The notes under the pieces: generated by a model
The model's input: only the letters and a program-made list of their open reading frames with translations
The model's database searches: none
What the model was told of the DNA's origin: nothing
From: Agromyces hippuratus
Lineage (GTDB): Bacteria > Actinomycetota > Actinomycetes > Actinomycetales > Microbacteriaceae
Length of the DNA stretch: 32,000 nucleotides
Direction of reading: 5' to 3'
Assembly: GCF_013410355.1 (NCBI RefSeq)
Contig: NZ_JACCFI010000001.1
Location: 3,069,858 to 3,101,857, forward strand
Translations under genes and position numbers: made by a program
Part shown: in pieces, positions 1 through 8,100 of the stretch
Layout: each line of letters begins with the position of its first letter
Numbering within the stretch: position 1 is the stretch's first letter

Positions 1-21
1 GATTCAAAGGAAGCCGCTCTC

Positions 22-27
22 TAGACT
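22..27 (+). promoter_or_regulatory. Candidate -10 box (TAGACT) for a leaderless transcript of CDS 35..694
   Basis: TAGACT is followed by 7 nt and then the GTG start at 35, with no Shine-Dalgarno in between. The same box/6-7 nt/start geometry recurs at eight other genes in this window. Confidence 0.4.
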
Positions 28-34
28 GGAAGCC

Positions 35-694
35 GTGCCGGCCGAACAGATCCATCTCGTGCGCCATGGCGAGGTGTTCAACCCCCAGGGTGTGCTCTAC
101 GGACGACTCTCGGGATTCGGACTCTCCGACCTCGGTCGCGCGATGGCGCAGGCCGCCGCCGACGACCTCGTCGCCCGTGATCGCGCGGTCGGCGCACTCG
201 TCTCCTCGCCGCTGCAGCGCACGCAGCAGTCGGCCGAGCCGATCGCCGCGGCATTCGGCCTCGAACCGACGCTCGACGAGCGCGTGATCGAGCCCGAGAA
301 CCGCTTCGAGGGCAAGCGCATGCGCGGCCACGACGGTGCGCTCCGCGACGTCCGCAACTGGCCCCTGCTCGTGAACCCGTGGGAGCCGAGCTGGGGCGAG
401 CCGTTCCGCTCGATCGCCGATCGCATGCTCGCCGCCATCGGCGACGCGTGGCAGTCGGTCGATGGCGGCGACGTCGTGATCGTCAGCCACCAGTTGCCGA
501 TCTGGATGGTGCACCGCCGCCTCGCCGGCCTCTCCCTCGCGCACGACCCCCGTCGTCGGCGCTGCGCACTGTCGAGCATCACGACGCTCGAACCTTCGAC
601 CGGCTCAGGCAGCAAGCATGGGTTCGTCGAGGTCGGCTACACCGATCCCGCGGCGGGACTCGCCGCCCAAGCCACAGATGTCGGAGCCGTGTGA
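35..694 (+). CDS. Histidine phosphatase family protein (phosphoglycerate-mutase-like)
   Basis: N-terminal LVRHGE (RHG catalytic motif) and a later SHQ/H motif; high GC3. It sits directly upstream of the thioredoxin-ccdA-resB-ccsB genes, as I recall for the mycobacterial Rv0525-Rv0529 cluster. GTG start. Confidence 0.8.
   Translation: MPAEQIHLVRHGEVFNPQGVLYGRLSGFGLSDLGRAMAQAAADDLVARDRAVGALVSSPLQRTQQSAEPIAAAFGLEPTLDERVIEPENRFEGKRMRGHDGALRDVRNWPLLVNPWEPSWGEPFRSIADRMLAAIGDAWQSVDGGDVVIVSHQLPIWMVHRRLAGLSLAHDPRRRRCALSSITTLEPSTGSGSKHGFVEVGYTDPAAGLAAQATDVGAV
593..614 (+). repeat. In-CDS copy of the repeat arm (CCTTCGACCGGCTCAGGCAGCA)
   Basis: 21/22 identical to 7168-7189. Related to the R arm GGTTTCGACGGGCTCAACCCGCAG. 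Read here as EPSTGSGSK. Confidence 0.6.
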
Positions 695-1287
695 TGCGCA
701 GTCGTTGGTCGTTGACGGCGGTCGTCGTGGCATCCGCCCTGCTGCTGACCGGGTGCACGAGCGACCCGCTCGCCGACCAGTTCCGCGAGGGCAGCGGCAA
801 GAACTACATCGCCGGTGACGGCACGATCACGGTGTACGACGCCGCCGATCGCGGCGATCCCATCGAGTTCGACGGTGAGACCGTCGAGGGCGAGCAGTAC
901 GACTCGGCGGATGACGCGGGCAAGGTGCAGGTCGTCAACTTCTGGTACGCGGGCTGCGCGCCGTGCCGCGCCGAGGCGCCCATCCTGCAGGAGGTGCACG
1001 AGTCGGTCGACGCCGACGAGGTGAGCTTCGTCGGGGTGAACGTGCGCGACCAGGCGGGAACCGCCGCGCCGTTCGAGAAGGACTACGGCGTCACGTACCC
1101 GTCGGTGCTCGACGTCGAGACCGGCGTGGCGCAGCTCGCCTTCGCGGGCAAGGTGCCGCCCGCCGCCGTGCCGACGACGATCGTGCTCGACCAGAGCGGC
1201 CGGGTCGCGGCCCGCGTGCTCGGCCAGCTCGAGGACGCCTCGATCCTGCAGACGATCATCGACGACCTCCTCGCCGAGCAGGCCTAG
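694..1287 (+). CDS. TlpA/ResA-like thiol-disulfide oxidoreductase lipoprotein (cytochrome c maturation)
   Basis: The ATG at 694 overlaps the upstream TGA by 1 nt. Signal peptide with lipobox LLLTGC; thioredoxin-fold active site WYAGCAPCRAE (CxxC). The longer ORF from 379 is an Arg-rich out-of-context extension. Confidence 0.85.
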   Translation: MRSRWSLTAVVVASALLLTGCTSDPLADQFREGSGKNYIAGDGTITVYDAADRGDPIEFDGETVEGEQYDSADDAGKVQVVNFWYAGCAPCRAEAPILQEVHESVDADEVSFVGVNVRDQAGTAAPFEKDYGVTYPSVLDVETGVAQLAFAGKVPPAAVPTTIVLDQSGRVAARVLGQLEDASILQTIIDDLLAEQA

Positions 1288-1290
1288 CGC

Positions 1291-2037
1291 ATGGGCGAGA
1301 TCGTGTTGAACGGGCAGCTGCTCGCGGCGATGCCGATCGCGATCGCCGCCGGGCTCGTCTCGTTCCTCTCTCCGTGCGTGCTGCCCCTCGTGCCCGGCTA
1401 CCTCGGTTACCTGGGCGGCTTCACCGATGCCTCTGCCGACGCCGCCACGGAGCGGAAGAACCGCCGACGGCTGCTGCTCGGCGTGCTGCTCTTCATCGCC
1501 GGGTTCACCGTCGTCTTCGTCAGCTTCAACCTCGTCGCGGGCTTCGCCGGGTCGTGGCTCGTGCAGTACGCCGACCTGATCGTGCGCATCGCCGGAGTGC
1601 TGCTCATCGTCATGGGGCTCGTCTTCATCGGCCAGTTCACGTTCCTGCAGCGCACGATCAAACCCTCGTGGCGCCCGGCGACGGGCCTCGCCGGGGCGCC
1701 GCTGCTCGGCATGGTGTTCGGCCTCGGCTGGACTCCGTGCATCGGCCCGACCCTCGCCGTCGTGCTCGCGCTCAGCGCCGACTCCGCCTCGGCCGGCCGC
1801 GGCGTGCTGCTCGGCCTCGCCTACTGCGTCGGCCTCGGCATCCCGTTCCTGCTCGTGGCGGCCGGCTTCAGCTGGGTCACGGGCTCCCTCGCATTCCTCC
1901 GTCGTCACATCCGCGCGATCAACATCGCGGGGGGTGCGCTGCTCATCGTGATCGGCGTGCTCATGGTGACGGGCATCTGGTCCATCTGGATGTACGAACT
2001 GCAGGCGGTGATCACGGGCTTTGACCCCGCAATCTGA
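1291..2037 (+). CDS. ccdA: Cytochrome c biogenesis thiol-reductant transporter CcdA (DsbD-family membrane protein)
   Basis: Six-TM-like hydrophobic profile. Conserved Cys motifs [14 protein letters not shown] and GWTPCIGP. Position between the thioredoxin and resB. Confidence 0.9.
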   Translation: MGEIVLNGQLLAAMPIAIAAGLVSFLSPCVLPLVPGYLGYLGGFTDASADAATERKNRRRLLLGVLLFIAGFTVVFVSFNLVAGFAGSWLVQYADLIVRIAGVLLIVMGLVFIGQFTFLQRTIKPSWRPATGLAGAPLLGMVFGLGWTPCIGPTLAVVLALSADSASAGRGVLLGLAYCVGLGIPFLLVAAGFSWVTGSLAFLRRHIRAINIAGGALLIVIGVLMVTGIWSIWMYELQAVITGFDPAI

Positions 2038-3757
2038 TCCCGGCGCGCCCTCGCGGCCCGCCGACCACATCGACTCGACCGAGGCCGACCCCGGCGAGAC
2101 GCCCGTCAACCAGCCGAAGCTCGGCTTCGTCGGCTGGCTGCGCTTCGCCTGGCGTCAGCTCACGAGCATGCGCACGGCGCTGCTGCTGTTGCTGCTCCTC
2201 GCGATCGCCGCGGTGCCCGGCTCGCTCGTGCCGCAGCGGTCGAGCGACCCCAACGGCGTCACGCAGTACTTCGACGACAACCCGAGGCTCGCGCCGATCC
2301 TCGACGGCGTCCAGATGTTCGACGTGTACACCTCCGCGTGGTTCTCGGCGATCTACCTGCTGCTCTTCGTCTCGCTCATCGGCTGCATCATCCCGCGCAC
2401 GAAGCACCACTTCGAGGCGCTGCGGGCCCGGCCGCCGCGCACGCCGGTGCGGCTCTCGCGTCTCGCGGGCTACACCGAACGGCCGCTGCCGGTTTCGACA
2501 GGCTCAACCAGCGAAGCTGCGGCCGCCGCGATCGACTCCGCTGCGAAGCAGCTGCGCCAGGCGGGCTACCGCGTCGAACAGTACGAGGTGCGCGGCGAGC
2601 CATCCGTCTCGGCCGAGCGCGGCTACCTCCGCGAGACCGGCAACCTCGTCTTCCACACCGCCCTCGTCGGCGTGCTCGTGGCCGTGGGCTTCGGCGGCGG
2701 CTTCGGCTTCTCGGGCCAGCGCGTGATCGTCGAGGGCCAGACCTTCGTGAATACGCTCGCGGCCTACGACTCGTTCAACCCCGGGCGCTTCTTCACCGAC
2801 ACCCGGCTCACGCCCTACAAGCTCTCGCTCGAGAGCCTCGACGCGGTCTACGAGACGCGGAATCAAGACGCGATCGGCCAGCCCATCGACTTCACGGCGC
2901 ACGTGACCGTGCAGGATCAGGACGGCGAGCCCGAGGACCGCACGGTGAAGGTCAACGAGCCGCTCTACACGCACGGCACCGACGTCTACCTGCTCGGCAA
3001 CGGCTACGCCCCGACGATCACCGTGAAGAACGCCGAGGGCGAGGTCGTCTTCACCGACGCCGTGCCGTTCCTGCCGCAGGACGCGAACCTCACCTCGATC
3101 GGCGTCGTGAAGGTGCCCGACGGCATGCCCGAGCAGCTCGGCATGGTGGGCTTCTTCTACCCGACGCAGACGGAGCTCACCTCGGGGGCGTACACCTCGA
3201 GCTACCCCGACCTGATCCTGCCGGTGCTGACGCTCAACGTCTACCAGGGCGATCTCGGCATCGACGAGGGCACGCCAACCTCGGTGTACGAGCTCGACAC
3301 CTCGACGCTCGAGCAGCTGAGCGGCGGCAAGACCGGCGTCGAGTCGATCGAGCTGAAGCCCGGCCAGACCGCCGAGCTGCCGAACGGTCTCGGCACGGTG
3401 ACGTTCGACGACGTCACGCCGGGCGCCGCCCCCGCGGTCGACGTGGACGCCGACCCCGACGCCGCTGCCGCCGACGAGCGAAACTACGCGCAGAGCGTCC
3501 CGCGCTTCGCGAGCTTCGACATCCATCACGACCCGACGCAGATGTGGGTGCTCACCTTCGCGGTGCTCATCCTCGGCGGTCTGCTCGTCTCGCTCTTCGT
3601 GCCGCGTCGCCGCATGTGGGTCAAGGCCGTGACGAAGGCCGACGGCCGTGTCGTGCTCGAGTACGCCGCGCTCGCCCGCGGCGAGGACCCGGGTCTCGAA
3701 GACGCCGTGACCGGGTTCGCCGACAAGCACGCCGGGCCACGAGAGGCTGCGGGTTGA
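2021..3757 (+). CDS. resB: Cytochrome c biogenesis protein ResB/Ccs1
   Basis: N-terminal [14 protein letters not shown] motif, large extracytoplasmic domain and C-terminal TM. TTG at 2021 is the only start candidate upstream of the conserved N-terminus and overlaps ccdA by 17 nt. The stop TGA (3755-3757) lies inside the repeat element 3747-3816. Confidence 0.85.
   Translation: MTPQSDPGAPSRPADHIDSTEADPGETPVNQPKLGFVGWLRFAWRQLTSMRTALLLLLLLAIAAVPGSLVPQRSSDPNGVTQYFDDNPRLAPILDGVQMFDVYTSAWFSAIYLLLFVSLIGCIIPRTKHHFEALRARPPRTPVRLSRLAGYTERPLPVSTGSTSEAAAAAIDSAAKQLRQAGYRVEQYEVRGEPSVSAERGYLRETGNLVFHTALVGVLVAVGFGGGFGFSGQRVIVEGQTFVNTLAAYDSFNPGRFFTDTRLTPYKLSLESLDAVYETRNQDAIGQPIDFTAHVTVQDQDGEPEDRTVKVNEPLYTHGTDVYLLGNGYAPTITVKNAEGEVVFTDAVPFLPQDANLTSIGVVKVPDGMPEQLGMVGFFYPTQTELTSGAYTSSYPDLILPVLTLNVYQGDLGIDEGTPTSVYELDTSTLEQLSGGKTGVESIELKPGQTAELPNGLGTVTFDDVTPGAAPAVDVDADPDAAAADERNYAQSVPRFASFDIHHDPTQMWVLTFAVLILGGLLVSLFVPRRRMWVKAVTKADGRVVLEYAALARGEDPGLEDAVTGFADKHAGPREAAG
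2491..2513 (+). repeat. In-CDS copy of the repeat R arm (GGTTTCGACAGGCTCAACCAGCG)
   Basis: Near-identical to the intergenic R arm GGTTTCGACGGGCTCAACCCGCAG. Read in frame in resB as PVSTGSTSE. Confidence 0.65.
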
Positions 3758-3816
3758 GCCTGTCGAAACCCGAGCTCGAAACCGCCCTTGCCGGTTTCGA
3801 CGGGCTCAACCCGCAG
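3747..3816. repeat. 70-bp palindromic (REP/MITE-like) element
   Basis: Arms of 24 nt with a 22-nt loop. L arm CTGCGGGTTGAGCCTGTCGAAACC (3747-3770) and R arm GGTTTCGACGGGCTCAACCCGCAG (3793-3816) pair over 24 positions with a single T.G. It lies between the resB stop and the ccsB promoter. Confidence 0.9.
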
Positions 3817-3832
3817 CGCAGACACTTCGACG

Positions 3833-3838
3833 TAAGGT
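3833..3838 (+). promoter_or_regulatory. Candidate -10 box (TAAGGT) for leaderless ccsB
   Basis: TAAGGT, then 6 nt, then the GTG start at 3845; no SD. Confidence 0.45.
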
Positions 3839-3844
3839 AGAACA

Positions 3845-4840
3845 GTGCAGTTGACCCTCGACGAGATCTCCATCCTCTGCGTGTATTCGGCCATGGTCGT
3901 GTACGCGATCGCGTTCATCGCGTTCTCGATCGACCTCGCGAGGCGCTCGGCGGCGGCCACGGCGGCAGCGGATGCCGCGGCGCGCGTCGAAGTGAACGAG
4001 GCCGTCGCCGTCGGTGCCTCCGGCGGCCAGCGCTCGGCGGTCGCGGCGAAGCCGGCGGCATCCGTCGCCTACGGCCGTTCGCCCGCGCTGCGCGTCGGCG
4101 TCGCGATGACGGTGCTCGCGTGGATCCTGCACCTCTCGGCCACGGTGCTGCGCGGCCTCGCCGCCGGCCGGGTGCCGTGGGCGAACATGTACGAGTTCGC
4201 GCTCACGGGCACGCTCATCATCACCACGGTCTTCCTCATCGTCATCGTGATCGTGAAGCAGGACCTGCGGTTCCTCGGCACCTTCATCACGGGCCTGGTG
4301 CTCGTGCTGCTCGGCGTCGCGGCGCTGAACTTCTACGTCAGCCCGGTGCCGCTGCCGCCGGCGCTGCAGTCGGTGTGGCTCGTCATCCACGTGTTCGTGG
4401 CGAGCGCGTCGGTCGGCCTCTTCGCCCTCGGCTTCGCGCTCTCGGTCGTGCAGCTCATGCAGGCGCGCCGCGAGTCGATCGCGGCGACGGCGAAGGCGGC
4501 GAAGCTCACCTTCCTCGCGACGCTGCCCGACTCGGTCACGCTCGAGAACCTCGCGTACCGCATCAACATCATCGGCTTCATCATGTGGACCTTCACCCTC
4601 ATGGCGGGCTCCGTCTGGGCCGAGAAGGCCTGGGGTCGCTACTGGGGCTGGGACACCAAGGAGGTGTGGACCTTCATCATCTGGGTGGTCTACGCCGGCT
4701 ACATCCACGCCCGTGCGACGCGCGGCTGGCGGGGCTCCCGCTCGGCGTGGCTCGCGATCATCGGCTTCTCGACGGTGCTCTTCAACTTCACCGTGGTCAA
4801 CCTCTTCTTCAAGGGCCTGCACGCGTACTCGGGTCTCTGA
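3845..4840 (+). CDS. ccsB: Cytochrome c-type biogenesis protein CcsB/ResC (heme handling, System II)
   Basis: Polytopic membrane protein with the Trp-rich WGRYWGWDTKEVW (WWD-type) motif and conserved His residues. Follows resB. Confidence 0.9.
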   Translation: MQLTLDEISILCVYSAMVVYAIAFIAFSIDLARRSAAATAAADAAARVEVNEAVAVGASGGQRSAVAAKPAASVAYGRSPALRVGVAMTVLAWILHLSATVLRGLAAGRVPWANMYEFALTGTLIITTVFLIVIVIVKQDLRFLGTFITGLVLVLLGVAALNFYVSPVPLPPALQSVWLVIHVFVASASVGLFALGFALSVVQLMQARRESIAATAKAAKLTFLATLPDSVTLENLAYRINIIGFIMWTFTLMAGSVWAEKAWGRYWGWDTKEVWTFIIWVVYAGYIHARATRGWRGSRSAWLAIIGFSTVLFNFTVVNLFFKGLHAYSGL

Positions 4841-4952
4841 TCCACCCGAGCCTTCGCGCGTGAGTACCCGTTCGGCGCGGGAGTCCCCGTTCGTCGCGCT
4901 CGGATCTCACTCACGCGCCCATCGGGTACTCCCGCGTGAGCACGAGACAGGG

Positions 4953-4966
4953 TGAGAGCGTTTGCA
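4953..4966. promoter_or_regulatory. Weak LacI-family-like operator half-match (TGAGAGCGTTTGCA)
   Basis: Fits the TG..A.CG.T..CA outline, but only 4 of 7 symmetric pairs. Upstream of the amylopullulanase gene. Confidence 0.2.
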
Positions 4967-5017
4967 CTCTCGCGCGCCCGGGCGAGCGCGATGCGCATGT
5001 GTTCCGGCCAATCAAGC

Positions 5018-5031
5018 TGTAAGCGCTTGCA
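5018..5031. promoter_or_regulatory. Candidate LacI/MalR-type operator (TGTAAGCGCTTGCA)
   Basis: 14-bp palindrome with 6 of 7 symmetric pairs around a central CG, about 80 nt upstream of the amylopullulanase start. The shape is typical of LacI-family sugar repressor sites. Confidence 0.4.
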
Positions 5032-5107
5032 TTAACTCCTGATCCGCTGCTAGCGTCGCCGCCAGTGGTCGGTGGCACGCGGTCGTGCCGGGAATCGGGA
5101 GTCAAGG

Positions 5108-8100
5108 ATGACGCAACGCGCACGTGCTCGCAGCTGGTTCGCCCTCGTGGTCGCAGGGGGGCTCGCGGCATCCGTGCTCACCGTGATCCCGGGCCTCGCC
5201 GCCACGGCGGACGAGGCGCGCACCTTCGCCCTCGTCGGCTCGCTGCAGAGCGAGCTCGGATGCGCGGCCGACTGGGCGCCCGACTGCGCCGAGACCGAGC
5301 TGACCGCCACCGGCACTCCCGGCGTCTTCGCGGCCGACTTCACGATCCCCGCGGGCAGCTGGGAGTACAAGGTCGCCGTGAACGACAGCTGGGACGAGGC
5401 GTACGGGCTGAACGGCGGGGGAGACAACATCCCGCTGACCGTCGCCGGCGACACCGCGGTGCGCGTCGTCTTCGACGACAACCTCAAGAAGGTCGGGCTC
5501 GAGGCGACCGAGGCGACGCTGCGCGGTGCCTACGAGGAGGCATCCGACGCCGGGCTCGTGGCCGACCCCGTGCGCCAGCCCGGCAGCGACGAGGTGTTCT
5601 ACTTCGTCATGACCGACCGCTTCGCCAACGGCGACCCCGCGAACGACCAGGGCGGCCTCGAGGGCGACCGCATGGCGACGGGCTACGACCCCACCGACAA
5701 GGGCTTCTACAACGGCGGCGACCTCGCGGGCCTGCGGGCGCAGCTCGACTACATCGACGGGCTCGGCACGACCGCGATCTGGCTCACTCCGAGCTTCAAG
5801 AACCGCCCCGTGCAGGGCGAGGGCTCGAATGCGAGCGCCGGATACCACGGCTACTGGATCACCGACTTCACCCAGATCGACCCGCACCTCGGCACGAACG
5901 CCGAGCTCGAGGCACTCATCGCCGAGGCCCACGACAAGGGCATCAAGGTCTACTTCGACATCATCACGAACCACACGGCCGACGTCATCGACTACGAGGA
6001 GCAGCAGTACTCCTACGTCGACCAGGCCACGAGCCCCTACCTCGACGCCGACGGCGCCGCGTTCGAACCCGCCGACTTCGCGGACGCCGACACCGGTGCC
6101 GACTTCCCGGCGCTCGATGCCGCGACGAGCTTCCCGTACACGCCGAGCCTCACGGCCGACGACACCGAACTCAAGGTGCCGGCCTGGCTCAACGACCCCA
6201 CGCTCTACCACAACCGCGGCGACTCGACGTGGGAGGGGGAGTCGGTCACCTACGGCGACTTCTCGGGCCTCGACGACCTCATGACCGAGCACCCGACCGT
6301 CGTGAACGGGTTCGTCGACGTCTACCAGCAGTGGATCGACCTCGGCATCGACGGCTTCCGCATCGACACCGCCAAGCACGTGAACTTCGAGTTCTGGGAG
6401 CAGTGGTCGACCGAGGTGCTCGACTACGCGCACGGCCTTGGCAAGCAGGACTTCTTCATGTTCGGCGAGGTCTACGACGCCGACCCGCAGAAGCTCTCGC
6501 CGTACGTGCGGAAGACCGACATGAACTCCGTGCTCGACTTCACCTTCCAGTCGCAGGCCGTGAGCTTCGCGGCGGGCAACTCGGCCAAGAACCTGCAGTC
6601 GCTCTTCGCCGGCGACGACTACTACACGACCCCCGACTCGTCGGCGACGGCGCTGCCGACCTTCCTCGGCAACCACGACATGGGCCGTGTGGGCTACTTC
6701 CTGAACTCGACGGATGCCCCGTTGCAGCGTGACGAACTCGCGCACGAGCTGCTCTTCCTCACGCGCGGTCAGCCCGTCGTCTACTACGGCGACGAGCAGG
6801 GCTTCGCAGGCACCGGCGGCGACAAGGACGCCCGGCAGACGCTCTTCGCGAGCCAGGTGGCCGAGTATCAGAACCAGCCGCTCGTCACGGGCGAGACGGC
6901 CGGCAGCGTCGACCGCTACGCGACGGATGCCCCGCTCTACGAGCACATCTCCGAGCTCGCCGCGCTCCGCTCGGCCCACCCGGCCCTCGCGACCGGCGCG
7001 CAGATCGAGCGCTACGTCGACAACGGAGCAGGCATCTACGCCTTCAGCCGGGTCGACCGCACCGAGCAGGTCGAGTACCTCGTGGCCGCGAACAACGGGG
7101 CGGCCGCGAAGACGGTCGACGTCTCGACGCTCACGAAGGGCGGCGAGTTCTCGGTGCTCTCGGGCGGCCTTCGACAGGCTCAGGCAGCAGAGGCCGTCAC
7201 CGCGAACGCCGACGGCATCGCCTCGATCACCGTGCCGCCGCTCGGTGCGGTCGTCTGGAAGGCCGACCGTCCGGTGAGCGCGCCTGACGCGGCATCCGCC
7301 ATCTCGGTGTCGACGCCGGTCGCCGGCGCCGGTGTCTCCGGCATCACCCCCGTCGTCGCCGACGTCGACGACGCCACCTGGCAGGAGACGAGCTTCGCGT
7401 GGCGGGTCGCCGGTGCCACCGGCGACGATGCGTGGCACGCGCTCGGCACCGCTGAAGACACGAGCCCCCGCGTCTTCCACGACACGGCGGGCCTCGCGCA
7501 GGGCACCCTGCTCGAGTACCGCGCGATCTCGACGGATGCCGCCGGCAACCGCGCCGCCGCCTCGACGTATGCGAGCGTCGGCAACGCCGTGAACCTCGTC
7601 GAGGAGGAGGAGCCCGAGCAGCCGATCGACCTCGTGACGGTGCCCGGTTCGCACAACTCCGAGATGGGCTGCGCGGGCGACTGGGCTCCCGGCTGCGAGG
7701 CGGCGAAGCTCACGCTCCGCGCCGACGGCATCTACGCCGGCACCTTCGACGTGGCGGCCGGCGACTACGAGTACAAGGTCGCGATCAACGGCAGCTGGGA
7801 CCTGAACTACGGTGCGAACGGCGAGCCCAACGGCGGCAACGTCACCTACTCGCACCCGGGCGGGCCGATCACGTTCTTCTGGAACCCCGGCACGAAGGTG
7901 GTCTCGTCGACCGCCGAGGGCCCCGTCGTGACGCTGCCCGGCAGCTTCCAGTCCGAGGTCGGATGCTCCGACGACTGGCAGCCCGACTGCCTCGCCTCGC
8001 TCATGCAGGACGGCGACAAGGACGGCGTCCTGACCTTCGCGACCGACGAGATCCCCGACGGCGCCTACGAGACGAAGGTCGCCCACGGCCGCAGCTGGGA

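Noticed and set aside
637-2109. 490-aa minus-strand ORF over the thioredoxin/ccdA genes. Similar long shadow ORFs occur at 18996..21857, 25649..27874, 15729..17183, 11046..12455, 2338..3840 and 3806..4822.
   Set aside because: The translations are low-complexity and Arg/Asp/His-rich. They overlap genes with clear family motifs on the other strand or frame, and are an artefact of stop-codon scarcity at about 70% GC.
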